Positions 38,311-51,469 of a DNA stretch of 64,000 nt are shown piece after piece (position 1 is the first letter of the stretch; each line of letters starts with the position of its first letter). The stretch is from Camelus dromedarius (taxonomy: Eukaryota), in the NCBI RefSeq assembly GCF_036321535.1, contig NC_087437.1, positions 34,970,001 through 35,034,000 on the forward strand, given 5' to 3'. The notes under the pieces are model-generated. The model searched no databases. It was not told the origin of the DNA and worked only from the letters and a program-made list of their open reading frames with translations. Position numbers and translations under genes: made by a program.

Positions 38311-39399
38311 AGGAAGATTCTTTGTCTATGAAAATGGTGAAGCAGATACCAACTTTCCTTACCACAAATGAAAAAAACTCAGTTCATCCTCTGAAGGGAT
38401 TCTTTTTGATTGATGATGGATTTATAAAAATAGAAAGATAGATAGATAGATAGAAAGCTCACCTCAGGTATAACTATACAGTGTAAATTCATACATGTAC
38501 TTTAGGCTTCAAGTCTGTTTTTTAAAATTATGGACCATAGATATTTACACATATGAATGATACGGATGATATGCATCTTCCCCAAGAAGACTTTATCAAG
38601 AATATGACAGAAGTATTGAGATTTTTATCTTCAAATTATTTGCTTTCCAAGTCTAAGGGGATTTTTTGTTCTATTTATCTCGAAATGATAAAGTAGTAAG
38701 ACAACAAATAATAAATCTCAGTGGCAGCTGACAGTAAATTGATTCTGGGATCTGAAACTTGTGTTTCTCTGAAAGTGAATCTTTTGAGGATTCAAACTTT
38801 CTTGCTGTTGCTGCCAGTTACACTGTCACTGACCAAAGTTATTGGAAGTAGCTAACCTTTTTCAAGTGGAGCCAGTAGTTTAGCTTGTAAAGTATTTACT
38901 TCCAAAATATGCATTTTACTTGGTCTATTTTGCTATATGCAACTCAGTAGCTAACCTCTCTGTGTTCATTTAAACAAAATATTTCAGAGGCTTTTATGTC
39001 TATCCCATTTTAATTTTACTGCAGAGTCTAAATTTGCTTCTGAAAAAGTAGCACAACATTGCTTGGCCAACATATCTTCCTTAAAACTCAACTTTTAGTT
39101 TAGGGTTTTTGTCTTATGTTTTTGTTGCTTCTCCCTTCCTAGGCAGCAATTTTATGTCTCACAGTCTTGATTTTGTTTCAGAAAATAATGTTGAAAATGG
39201 AGTAGGGAAGATCTCCTAGTTCTTACTCATTCTCCTAGTTTTGGAACCAGTTTTTCTTGCCATGACTCTTTATAGGCATGTGTCATATGTACATACATAT
39301 GCCTAATGTTGTTGAAAATAGAAAGCAGGGTTTCATACCTGCTTTGTTGGTTCGGCTCCCTCTTTTTCAGGAACTGACCCTCCATTCCACTTGCCCTGC

Positions 39400-39870
39400 C
39401 CCTCCCCATCTCATCCTCATGTTCAGTCCTGTGCCATCATTAGTTACAGTGGGGACACTCCTGTTCTAACAACTTGACCCCACTGTCTTGGCCCCAGTGA
39501 TACTCAGGGCACCTGAATCAAAGCTAGGCCAGTCAGAATCCCTCTGCAGGCATTTGGAATCTAGACTACGAAATTCTGGGCTTATTCTACTTGATTTTTG
39601 GTAGAAAAGAGATGGAAACTCAGAAGGTGTCAATGGATGTTCCCACCATGTGAACCAGGGAGTAAGCCATGCTAGTGTGTAGGAAGAGGAGAAAAAAGCA
39701 GATGCAGAGATTGAAGCCAGAGACTGAAAGCTGGGATAGGAAGACTTCCTGGCCTGGTGCATCCTACTCTCAGGCCATTTGAATCAGTTCTACTTCCTTA
39801 GGATAAATTATCCTTGTTGTTTCAGCCAGTTAGAGGTGATTTCTGTTACTTAAATAACAAGAAAAATTGT
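39400..39870 (+). mobile_element. Old MLT1 LTR
   Basis: 'aagctaggccagtcagaatcc' and 3' end 'tttcagccagttagaggtgatttctgttact'. Confidence 0.55.
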
Positions 39871-40163
39871 TAAACAATATGGTGCGTGAGAACATGGGCA
39901 ATTTTTCTTACTTTCTTAATTATTTTTATCAGACAGCTGTTGTGATAGACAGGAAAGCATTTCCCTCAGATAACTTTGCTTCCTGGTTTGTTTTTTTTTT
40001 TCCTACCTCAGGGGTACATTTTTAGTATCTTAATCTTTCTTTTTTTCTTGCTAAAATCAATATTACATGTTTTTCTGTGAAAGGAGTGTGAGGGGATGCA
40101 GCAGAACCTGAAAAGGCTGGACTGATCTGGGCCATATATATTCTCTAAGTAAAACTCCCTTCC

Positions 40164-40166
<3 letters not shown>

Positions 40167-40199
<33 letters not shown>
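40167..40199. repeat. (A)33 homopolymer
   Basis: Direct observation; no retroposon body or TSD recognised. Confidence 0.95.
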
Positions 40200-40204
<5 letters not shown>

Positions 40205-40779
40205 TCAAAGAGGAAAAACATCTGGGGATAGAATCCAAATTTAGCAGGACACAGGTAGCAAAGGCCAAAGAAAAAGAACATCCAGCTTAATAGTGGGGTG
40301 GAGGTGGGAGGGAACAGTCAGGAGAATTCAGAATGTAAGCTGACGTGTTATTGGATGCTTTGAGAAAACATCAATACAAGAGAACTCTAGAATTATAAGG
40401 TTTGGATATAAAGTTATCACAGTTTAGATAGGAAGTTAAACTTTAAAAAGTTATCTAAAACAACATCTCCTTTCTAAAAGCTGAGGAAAACACTTTGACA
40501 TAAAAACTGAGCAACAGAAAAGATGGATAAAGTTTTTGGCTGTGATTCTCACGGTAGACCAGAAGTTTTGGGGTAACTACATAGCCAATTTTTTTTTTTA
40601 ATTCTTCAAAGCAACAGCGAATGAAATTCAATCCTCAAAATAATCCCAGGCTCCAAATCTGCACTGAGCATGGAGTCAGCTCCAAAAGCTGTACACCCCA
40701 GGAAAGGCATCCCCTCAAGTCATACCTTGAATGAAGTCTTGGAAGAAAACAGGCTAGAAAAATCCTCCAGGCGTAATTT

Positions 40780-41010
40780 ATGGAATTTTTTTCATTGACA
40801 TATTTGATCTATCTTAAGTTTATTTGGGGAAAAAGAATGAGATTGTCTCAGCTCCGTCTATTGAATAGTGCTTTTCTCCACTAATTTTTGAATTACTACC
40901 TTTATACTACTCTCATATTAATGTTGTCATATAATAGCCTCATATAAAATTCTCGTATGTATTTGAATCTATCTCTGGATTCCATTCTGTTTCATTGATC
41001 TACTTATTTA
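40780..41010 (-). mobile_element. L1M ORF2 fragment, antisense
   Basis: 'ttgaatctatctctggattccattctgtttcattgatcta'. Confidence 0.55.
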
Positions 41011-42372
41011 TGAAGTACTATTAAAGTTTAAAAATGATACTATGAGGATGCTGTAGTATTGCATGAAATGTAAGGAACTACTGAAAACCTAAGCCTCTGG
41101 AATGTCAGAAATCAGGAAGCTGCAAGGAATAGGAGACCTTCTTTCTAGAATTCTTCCATTAAGATGACTCAGTTCTAAAATTCATGTTCTGGGTGTCTTT
41201 TAGTCCAAAAGCTCAGATTCCTTGGGAAATATGATTGGTTCAGCTTAGGCTAAGTATCAATCCCAAAATCAATTATCTATTCTTGGGAGGAGAAATTCAT
41301 GTATTACAAACATGACCGCTGGGTGCCCAACGCTGTGTGTCAATAGAAGTTTCCAAAGAAACAAAAAGTATTGTTAGCTCCAAAAACTGTATCCAAAAAG
41401 TGTCCACTCTATGCTCACCCACCCATTTCTTACTTCTGAAGCTTTCCTATCTCTGCGTGGTACAACTCTCCCACACACAACTGCCGCCACCCCTTTCCAA
41501 TAGTCGGTGATGCAAACTCATGTCCCTGTATTGATGTAGAGGCAATGTCATAGGATCATACAGCCATAAACCAAGGATTTCCTAGAGCATGCTTACTCCT
41601 CCAGGTCTGTCAAAATATCCTTACATATTCTGCAGCCCATCAGTTAGCTGGAAAATTTAATAATTACTAACACATCTTAAATTACAGCGGTTTTCAAACT
41701 GGGGTACAAGTAAATTTAGAAGTACATAAAAATATTCTAAGAGATACTCAAGCATGGAAAGTTGTGAGGGTATCAATGTCCAGACCCTCAGCTTTTCTCT
41801 TATAATTGATTTGCCTGAGATGTGTTTGAGTTAGAGGACTCTTGAGTCTCTGTGCTTCCCCAACTCCTCTTTTACAGTAGGCTTTACTTACCTTGTAAGT
41901 TTATCTGTCCTCCATCATGGATCTTTCTATGGTGCATTCACAGGGTGTAAAACCCCAGGAGGACCAAACAACAAGCTACTTGAGGCCATTGGTGTTGAAG
42001 AAGTTTTTTTAATCAAGGCACCATAAATCCACAGGAAAGCTTTGTGTCTGTTGCTGTCTGACATGTTTTTCAGTTGAGAGAGAAGCATGACATTAGAAAC
42101 GGGATATTCTGAATCTGGATATTTGGGTATGTTAGGAAGTGGCACAGCAGGAGAAATGGCAGTTTTCCTTCAATGACTTAGTCTCTTTTACTCCCTGACT
42201 CTTGTAAAAAAAAAAAGAAAGATATTCCTCTATGGGAGGGTCCCTTGAAATCAGAGCAAAGACCACTGGCAAGAAGTAGGGGCTCTGGTACCTTATCGCA
42301 CCCAAGTAATAAACCCATGACAAGGATCTGTGTTCTGTCAAACTTGGATATTTAAGATTTAACACGACCACA

Positions 42373-42461
42373 GGTGGGGCCAAGATAGCAGAGTAGGAAG
42401 GCCCTGAGCTCACCTTCTCTCATGGACACACCAAAATTACAACTATTTACAGAGCAAACTA
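42373..42461 (+). mobile_element. L1 5' UTR start (~90 bp)
   Basis: 'ccaagatagcagagtaggaaggccctgagctcaccttctctcatggacacaccaaaattacaactatttacagagc' resembles the first bases of a laurasiatherian L1, with a decayed YY1 site CAAGATGGC. Confidence 0.7.
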
Positions 42462-43655
42462 TTTTTTTAAACATTTTTTTTATTGAGTTACAGTCATTTT
42501 ACAATGTTGTGTTGAATTCCAGTGTAGAGCACAATTTTTCAGTTATTTATGAACATACATACATTCATTCATTCATTCACTTTTTTTTCGCTGTGAGCTA
42601 CCACATATATTTTATATATTTTTCCCTGTGCTATACAGTATAATCTTATTTTTCTATTCTACATATGCCTGTCAGTATATACAAATTTTGAAATCGCAGT
42701 CTGTCCCTTCCCACCCCTTACCCCCTTGGCAACCACAAGCTTGTATTCTATGTCTATGAGTCTGTTCCTGTTTTGTATTTATGTTCTTTTTTTTTTTTTT
42801 AGATTCCACATATGAGCAATCTCTTATGGTATTTTTCTTTCTCTTTCTGGCTTACTTCACTTAGAATGACATTCTCCAGGGACATCCATGTTGCTGCAAA
42901 TGGCATTATGCTGTCGGGTTTATGGCTGAATAGTATTCCATTGTATAAATATACCACATCTTTTTTATCCAGTCGTCTGTTGATGCACATTTAGGCTGTT
43001 TCCACACCTCAGCTATTGTAAATAGTGCTGCTATGAACATTGGGGTGCAAGTGTCTTTTTGAAGTAGGGTTCCTTCTGGACATATGCCCAGGAGTGGGAT
43101 TCCTGGGTCATATGGTAAGCCTATTCCTAGTCTTTTGAGGAATCTCCATACTGTTTTCCACAGTGACTGCACCAAACTGCATTCCCACCAGCAGTGTAGA
43201 AGGGTTCCCTTTTCTCCACAGCCTCTCCAGCATTTGTCATTTGTGGACTTTTGAATGATGGCCATTCTGACTGGTGTGAGGTGATACCTCATTGTAGTTT
43301 TGATTTGCAGTTCTCTGATAATTAATGATATTGAACATTTTTTCATGTGCCTATTGGCGATTGGTCTGTCTTCATTGGAGAATTGCTTGTTTAGGTCCTC
43401 TGCCCATTTTTTGATTGGGTTGATTTTTTTTTGTTATTAAGTTGTATGAGCTGTTTATATATTCTGGAAATTAAACCTTTGTCAGTTGCATCATTTGCAA
43501 AATTCCTTAGGTTGTCGTTTTGTTTTGCTTATGGTTTCCTTTGCTGTGCAAAGCTTATGTTTAATTAGGTCCCATTTGTTTAATTTTGCTCTTATTTCTA
43601 TTGCCTGGTTAGACTGCCCTAGGAGAACATTGCTAAGATTTATGTCAGAGAATGT
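42462..43655 (-). mobile_element. Young camelid-type L1, 5'-truncated (~1.2 kb), antisense
   Basis: T-rich tail; ORF 42906-43346 is the ORF2 C-terminus with the CCHC motif [19 protein letters not shown]; 3' UTR related to the copy at 11650. Confidence 0.95.
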
Positions 43656-43759
43656 GCAAAACTTTAATAATTGCTGAGGTTGTGTGATACATACATGAGG
43701 ATTCATTATAATATTCACAGTGGAAATTAGAAAAAGAAATAAATATAACATCTGTTGAT

Positions 43760-43955
43760 AAACCCAAGCTGAATATGGCTATGCAGGAACAAAGCCTCAA
43801 GTTGCCAAATCTTTGTATTTTTCAAAAGAAGTGAAAACTCTAGATTTAAAAGAAAAGTAAAAGCTCTTGATTTCATAAAACAAAAACAATGTGGCCAAGC
43901 AAAACACATATGTGGGCTGGAATTTGTCCTTGAACCATCTGTTTCTGGTCTTGGA
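43760..43955. mobile_element. hAT-Charlie (MER102/MER112-like) fossil
   Basis: 'gttgccaaatcttt...ttttcaaaagaagtgaaaactctagattt...gtggccaagcaaaacacatatgtgggctgg'. Confidence 0.55.
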
Positions 43956-44190
43956 AAAACTTGTTTTGTTAATGAGATGTTTTCCCCCAAATTTAGAGTG
44001 TGTTCAAGCTTCAAATAACTTCTGGAAACCAGTGATAATGGCTCACTCTCTAGGGACACAGAGATGAGTGAGATATTGATATCACCCAAATGGAGCTCTG
44101 AGTCTCGTCAGGGGAAGGGCATGTAGGCAAAGGCCACATAAATGCATGCACAGAGGATCCGGCAGGGATGCAGTGTTAGCCCAGCCATGC

Positions 44191-44534
44191 TGTTACCGGC
44201 TGAATGGTGCCCCTCCACCCCCAATTTATGTTGAAGTCCTAACCCCGGTACCTCAGAATGTGACTGTACTTGGAGACAGGGACTTTAAAGAGGTAATTAA
44301 ATTGAAATGAGGTCATTAGGATGGGCCCTAATCCAATATGACTGGTGTCCTTATCAGAAGAGATTAGGGTGCAGACGTGCACAGACAGATGACCATAGAA
44401 AGACCCGCTGAGAAGACGGCCCCCTGCAAGCCAAGGAGAGAGGCTCCCAGAAGAAACCAAGCGAAACGAATTCCTGTTGTGCAGGCCACCCAGTCTGTGG
44501 TGCTTTGTCATGGCAGTCCTCACAAACTGCTACA
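44191..44534 (+). mobile_element. MLT1A/B-type MaLR solo LTR
   Basis: TG...CA; 'tatgttgaagtcctaaccccggtacctcagaatgtgactgta...gggccctaatccaatatgactggtgtcctta...ccacccagtctgtggt'. Confidence 0.9.
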
Positions 44535-44689
44535 CATAGGGAGCCTGAATGCTGCCTAGGGACGTCTGTGACGGTTTCATAAAGAAAGTGCTACCCGTGT
44601 GTTTGCAGTAAAAGTCCTGATTTCCTGTGTCACTTGAGGAAATTCTGTGCTTCAAGGCATAGCCTCTGCATCTCTCTAAGCAAGATGAT

Positions 44690-45470
44690 CTTGTGCATGA
44701 CTTTAGTTGCTTCCTTTTTGTTTATGACTTTAAAATGTGTCTCTCAATCCTCATTTTTCCTCTATACCTGACTATTCTGCTGGTCACTAGACACGTTTGC
44801 CTAGATGTCTCAGATCTCTAAATGAAACTGTCTTCCTCTTCTGCCCCCTCCCAAAGCACCCTTTCTCTTGTCCCCTCACTATTTATCAGCTGTAGAATAG
44901 ACATCTCAGCCTAGACTCTCCCTCTCCTTTACCTCCACGTCGAATCCCTCACTAATTCTAGCTCACCCCCTCCTCAGCCCTCCCCATCCTGTCTTCCTAC
45001 TATCTCTGCCCTGCCTGGGTTCAGGCCCTCACCTGTTCCTCTTTAGAATATTTCCCTTGCCTTTTTGGTTTCTCTCTTCTCTAGTCCTTCTCTATTTTGC
45101 TTTGGAGTATTCTTCAGAAAAGGCAAATCTGACAATGTCATCTCTCTGTTTACAGTCCTCTGGTGCTATCTCATCCCCCATAGCATAAAATGAAAGATCC
45201 TAGCTCTGTCAGACGAGGACCTTCACCCAGAGGCCCCTGCCTCCTTTCCTTGCTCTCATCTTCTCACTTCCTCGTGTTCACATGATATCACCACACATAA
45301 CTACTAGGAGTTCTTCAGAGAAGCCATTATTTCACATCTCCTTTGCACATCCATTCTCTCTTTTTCCTTCCCTGAAACTAGGGGAGTTCCTTCACCTTGT
45401 TGGAGACTGAACACATATATCATCCCCTTTATGGAATCTTCCTCACCTGTGCCTTCCCAGGCACAAGCTG
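44690..45470 (+). mobile_element. L2 LINE fragment
   Basis: 'cctagatgtctcag', 'ggttcaggccctcacc', 'gcaaatctgacaatgtcatctctctgttta'. Confidence 0.65.
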
Positions 45471-48400
45471 TTCTTCAAGACAGTTGACGGAGACCAGCCA
45501 ACACAGGCAACAGACAAATGCCAGTAAACAACTTTGCCTAACCATGCTCTGAAGCCACCCAAAGGCATCCTGGGAAGAGATGCTGGTTACATGCTTACAC
45601 CAGATGAACTGGCAGCCAATGCTCTAATTTTCCGCAAAATCACCAGGCCAGCTATTCTGCTATTGCTATTTAAAACTTTTCATATGGTTTGTGAATGCTT
45701 TTGATGGCTCTTCATTCGATATGACACCCTCAGGCACGTAATTAATCTAGGGACACCATCACAAGACTGTCTAGGCTCTGATGCCATCCTGTTGATGGTG
45801 AACATCATCACTAGGATAGGCCTGCCTGCCCTGCCCATCTCTACTCCACTGCAGCAGCCACTGTGACTGATCAAGAAAGTCATCTGCTACTCGGTTATCA
45901 GAGCTACCTGCTCTCTGACCACAGCCGCTCATTGGGTGCTCTGGCTCTGGAAAGTGCTGCTTCACCCTCTTGTCACTGCCATTTATTTATATCCACTAGT
46001 CACAGACACTCCAGCAAGGATTCTGGAACAGAGCATCTCCTGGACAACACCTTTGAAACAGAGTAATCACTGGAGAAATTTAACAGCTAACACCAGAATA
46101 GGGCCAGTTTTTGGTTCTTTATGAAGGCTCAGTTATCTGTCTCTTTTGGGCCCACAGAAGAGAAGAAAAATTCTTTGGAAGCAAGATATGATTATTTGAT
46201 GCCTTTTTGGTTTTCTGCAGAATCATTTCCTTTTTGTTCTTTTATAATAATTTACAAAACATTTTAAAGCATGCTGACTTCTCATAGCAATTCTAAGTTG
46301 AACAAAACATAGGAATCGAAATCAAGTACAAGTCTTTTGTGTTTCAAGGCACATAAACCTAAACTGGGTTAAACAGTAAAGGGAAGCTAATGGTCTCTGC
46401 ATGGTACCTGCAAAATCCGGAGGTAGGACTAGCTTCAAGGGAGGCTTGATCCAACTGCTGGGCTAGGTTAATAAGAGCTGAGTCCACTACCCTCATGGAA
46501 CTGAGAAAAGATCACAGTGACACCGGCTGTGGACTTGGGTGGCTGACAACGGCAAGATGCCCGTGGTCCCTCTATGGGAGTCAGTCCAGGAAGCAGGAAA
46601 GACCAGCCACTCAGTCTTAGACGTGGAGGATACAGAGAACACTGTATTTGCTGGGATCTTGTTTCCACCTCTGGCTGTGACCTCATGTCACTTACCTCAT
46701 TGGTGGACCCACAGCATGCCTTGGAGAGAATCTGGGAGAAGGTGTGAAGCTCTGAAAAACAGCATTTTCTTGGGTCATTCAGATAGAGACTGAGTTACAT
46801 AAAAAAGATAGTTTAATTAGTTGGATTGTACTATGTTTATCAGATTGGAATAAAATTTAGCTTTTTCTTCTTATCCGTTGTGTTGGGGTATTATTGAAAA
46901 GATCGGATCTGTTATGGAGAAATTTTTAAAGGCCCTATTTTCACTGAACATCAGATCATAGAATGAGCAAATTTGTGACCACACTGTTATCTTATTTTAC
47001 CATTAGCAAATAATGTGTGTTCATCAAAGAGAATTTGCAAAGTTTGAAAACAGGAGAAAAATATGATTCTTAGTGGTACCCAAACACAATCACTATAAAT
47101 ATTTTTATCTGTTTCTTTCCAGTGTTTTTTCTATGCATGGATTTTCATTACATAGTCAAAATCATATTATGTATTTAGGATTTTATTTCTTTTTTATTTG
47201 ATATATAAACTTTTATTTGTCTCTATGCATGTAATTTAAATGAGTGTGTACTATTCGATTAATATTCCTTTGCTTAATGTCCCATAGTTTACCTAATTGA
47301 TCCTTTAATACTGTATTACATTCCTTAAAGAAGAGGGAAAGTCAAAAGTCAAAAATATATCCATCATGAAATGTACATAAAAAGAACAGAATAATTTTAA
47401 TTACTTCTTGTACAGATCCTTTCACTGAACTACATCTTAGTTTGTAATAAATCAAGTTGAAATATTGGTTTAAAGCACCTAATAAGCTCTAAAAGTGAAA
47501 TGTTATGTGCTTCAGCAAAGCAGAATTTGTCCATCTGACCAGTTTTGACAGGTCAGATCAAATGCGCCAGGGAGAGCTTGCTGGTAAATGTGAGCAGTGC
47601 CTATTCCTAGTTCGTACCACCATGAATTGTTCCACTAATTCTTGGACTCGGCACTTTGCGAATCAGCAGACTGAATACCTGCTCTGCTTTGCTCGTGTAA
47701 AACTGGCCAGGTCTGTACTATAAACTTGCAGACTAACAAGCTTACGGAAAGGGTTTGAAATGACTGAAGAATGCTGAAGCCTTGTCATTTCTTTTTTCTT
47801 TTTCATTTTAAAGCACACACAGTCTACCCCAGTTGCTTTACATAAATGAATTCCATAAAGAGATTATATAGATATACTTTCAGTGTGAGTAGCATTGCTC
47901 AATTTCTTACCCAATAGCATCTCCTTCTTTCCGTACTAGCATCGAATTTCCTGGCTGACTCCTTTTCCCCGCCAGAGGTGAAACCAAGTGGAGGAAACAG
48001 TTAACATTTTCCATTTCTTTGGCCCAAAGACCTGGATCTTGCATTTCACTCTGTTCTGCATAACTAGGTACACAAATCTGCATATAAAAAATAAAACTGA
48101 GTGAGGAAAGAATAGGAGCATATAAAACACTGTCTTTCCTTTTATTTTATGAAGCTATCAGGCTACTCTAAATATTTCTTACTGTGGTAAAAAGCATACA
48201 TTATTGCACAGGCATTGTGTTACAGTTCTAATCACATATGTATGCTTAACTGCACACAAACCAGGTACAACAACGTGTAAAATCTGTTCTTAAAATGTGT
48301 TTCTAGTAACACAGCCTCTATGTTGTATACAAGCCAAATTTCATGTACATAGCATTTCTTGTTTTAGCACTGACTAGTATATAATTCATTTATTCCAATT

Positions 48401-49167
48401 CAGGAAGGTGTTTCAGAGTGAAATGTCTAAATAACGGTCAGATTTTCCTATAGATCAATTCTGATGCAGTATGCAGGGTTTAATGATAATGGGAGTACTT
48501 TGGCTCTCCTATTAAAGTCAGCGAGGGTAGAATTCTATACATCTTAATTAAATCTCTTGTGACTAATTCAGTCCAGGATTGTACTTGTAAATATTTTATA
48601 TGTAGCTTCCAGTAATAGTGCTCATTCTATCAATCAATATCAAATTAACCCCAAGATTACTGAAAATCTGGAATAAAACATACAATATTGACTCATTCAT
48701 TTTTAATAGCATAGGTAATACCTGTATGTTGCTCTGGTGAAATGACTTGTGATTTTCTTTATTGTAAAATTGATGAGACAGTTTGGGACAGTGGAAGTTC
48801 TGCCCTCGCTCCTCCGTGTTGGAGGATCAACTCAGCTGGAACAACCAGCAGCCACCACGCATGGGACGTTGGTCCACCTGTGTCTTGTATTCCTGAGGCT
48901 GCCCACTCCTCGTTCAATTTGAGGAAATTCTATTCAATGTAATGTTATCTAATACTTCAGTCTAATAGACATTTAATAAGCAAAGCACAATGCTAGGTTG
49001 TATTAATAAGGGATCCTTTAGTCATAAGGAAAGACAGTTCTAACTCAGGCTTGCTTGTATGAAGGGTGAAGATGCAGAGAAGCCTCATAGAGCCTATGCT
49101 TAGGAGGACAGCCAGGCTAAACACCTTCCTCCTCCCCTTCTCCTGGCCCACACACCCTCTTCGCTTC

Positions 49168-49531
49168 TGTCCTCTTAAAAAAGAAAGAGAGAATACATAA
49201 AAACCTCAATAAAACAGAATTGAGAGACCAGCACAGGGAGCTCCCATGGTCTGCAAGATAGCAGCACTCAACAGGAAGAAGAAAAACTCTGCTTCTTTGC
49301 TGGCAGAGACTCAGCCAGTGAAAAGCCATGAACTCTTTGTTCCCTGTAGCCCTCCCCACTTCTTTTTCCCCTCTATAAAAGTGTTCTCCTCCCTTTGCAC
49401 TGCGGGAACTTGCATGCAGCTTGCCATAGTTGTAGACCCCAAGTTGCAATTCTCTGCTGATACTGAATAAACCCATTTTTTTTTGTTGTTGTTGGAGAAA
49501 TATCTGGCAGCCTATTTGCTTTGAGTCAACA
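49168..49531 (+). mobile_element. ERV1-type solo LTR inserted in an older antisense MLT1 (~49000-49850); 5' boundary uncertain
   Basis: CCAAT-like 'cagccagtga', TATA 'ctctataaaa', AATAAA at ~49466, terminus 'gtcaaca'. Confidence 0.7.
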
Positions 49532-49959
49532 TTTCTGTTTCCTTTTTCTCTTTCACTGAGTGGCATCCTGTCCTACAGTATTTCTGCTACATTCTGCTTT
49601 CTGTAAGCCTCCTCTCTGACTTTCTGGTACATGACCTATCAGGACAACCCCAAATGATAGCTTGAGACCCTAAGTCTACATGACCTTCCTAGATTTTGTG
49701 TGTATAAGTGACTTTGTGCGTGTTCTGTTTCCAAATTCAGAAGGAGAGAATCTGATTAGCCTAGCCTAAGTTAGGTATCCATCCTGCTCCAATCAGATAC
49801 TGACATAGGAAGGAGGGTTCCAAGATCATGTATATTTAGTGAAGCTGCTGATACACTGGAGCCCACAGATAAATGGGAATGAGGAGGATGAGTAAAACAC
49901 CGGTTTTGGCCCCTTGGTCTCAGTCTTATGGAAGAGCCCAGTACATACATCATTATAGC

Positions 49960-50420
49960 ACAAGGCAGATTGTGAAAGAGGTTCAGAAAGCTCTCGGAGT
50001 ATGGAGGAGGGAAAGATTGAGACAACAAGGGTCTAGGCAGCCTTCTGTGGTTGACAGACACTCAGTATTTTGGTAATATCAAAATGACAGCCTGGTGACG
50101 AGGAGTGTGGAATGAAGCCCAAGGAGATGTGGCGTTACGCAGGTTTGATTGAGAAGTGGCTGGTGTTTGTTCTCCTGCAACAAGAAATCATCAGAGGTTT
50201 TTGATCAGGCATATCGTATGATCAAGTCTGTGTTTCACAAAGATGACTCAGGATGTGGTCATTAGATAAACTGGATGTGACATAAGGCCTGGAGGTCCTT
50301 TCTCCAACAGGAATTGGGCAGGTCAGTGAATCTGTGTGAGGTGTATTAATGGTCTGAATTAGAGGAAAAGCCATGGAAGAGAGTGCTCATGAATAATCAT
50401 TATATTTAACAAAGATGATG
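49960..50420 (-). mobile_element. L2 fragment, antisense
   Basis: 'atcagaggtttttgatcaggc...atgatcaagtctgtgtttcacaaagatgactcagg'. Confidence 0.55.
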
Positions 50421-51169
50421 TAACCTTGCTGTGGGATGTATGAGCAATAACTGGAGTTTGAAATATTGGCAAGATGTTAGATATTCCTAGTAAAATCTGG
50501 CATGATTTTTAAATAGTTAATTTGTAAGTGTAAGAAAGAAGAATATGAAAATGGGAAACCGTTAAGCTGATTGTTTTTATTTAAAAAAAAAAAATAGCTT
50601 TTTGTCACCCCTGGAGGACTGATGGCCCACAGGCCAGTGGTGGGGATGTGTTCTGCCTAGTCCAAGCCTGGTGTGATGGGGGGCCATGGCTGGTGTCTCA
50701 GTTGGGGAGAGGGAGCAGCAGAGTTAGTGAAGAGTTGGGGCAAGGAAAAGAGGCGCGATGCAGCCACCAGTGTGGGAGAGACAAACCTTAAATCCTGGAT
50801 TAAAATGCTGACAAGGATAGAGGTCCCAAGGGCTAGAGGTTGGAGAGCTCCATAAACCATAAGATCCCAGTTCTCTGGAGGATGGTCTAGACAGAGAAAC
50901 TGGACTCAGAGGATGCTGAGAGAGGATTACGATATAGAGAAAACCAAGCTTATAAATATGAAATCATATCAATCTTGTACAAATGTTATCTCCTAGGATG
51001 AATAAGCAGTGGCCGTCAGCCCCACCCTGAGTCACGCAGTGTGTTCTCAGTAAGCACTTAACAAATGCAAAGCACTGTAGAGGCACCAAGGGGCCTGCAA
51101 CTTTTTGAGGGGTGGCGGGGCTAACACTTTGAGGACCTTACGTTACTGGAGGCTTTGCAAATGCTATTT

Positions 51170-51469
51170 ATTTATTGAAATAGATTTTTAAAATTCATTT
51201 ATTTTTACATATGTGTGTGTATATATATATTCCTTTTCATATTCTTTTTCATTATAAGCTACTACAAGATATTGAATGTAGTTCCCTGTACTGTATAGTA
51301 TGACCTTGTTGTTTATCTGTTTTACGTATAGTAGTTAGCATCTGCAAATCCGGAACTCCTGACTTATCCCTCCCTACTCCTTCCTACCCCCATCCACCCC
51401 CATAACCTATAAGTTTGTTTTCTATGTGAAATCTGTTTCAGTTTTGTAAACAAGTTCGTTTGTGAAATA
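51170..51469 (-). mobile_element. 5'-truncated L1 3' UTR, antisense
   Basis: 'ctacaagatattgaatgtagttccctgtactgtatagta...tgttgtttatctgtttt'; TSD GCAAATGCTATTT (51157-51169) / GCAGATGCTGTTT (51470-51482). Confidence 0.85.

Noticed and set aside
40167..40199. Poly-A as the tail of a processed pseudogene
   Set aside because: No upstream AATAAA-bearing mRNA-like body and no flanking TSD found.
42906..43346. 146-aa ORF as a host gene
   Set aside because: It is the C-terminus of L1 ORF2 in a truncated copy.
42373..43655. Twin-priming (5'-inverted) L1
   Set aside because: The oppositely oriented 5' UTR piece abuts the poly-A end rather than the 5'-truncated end, which is the wrong geometry for twin priming.
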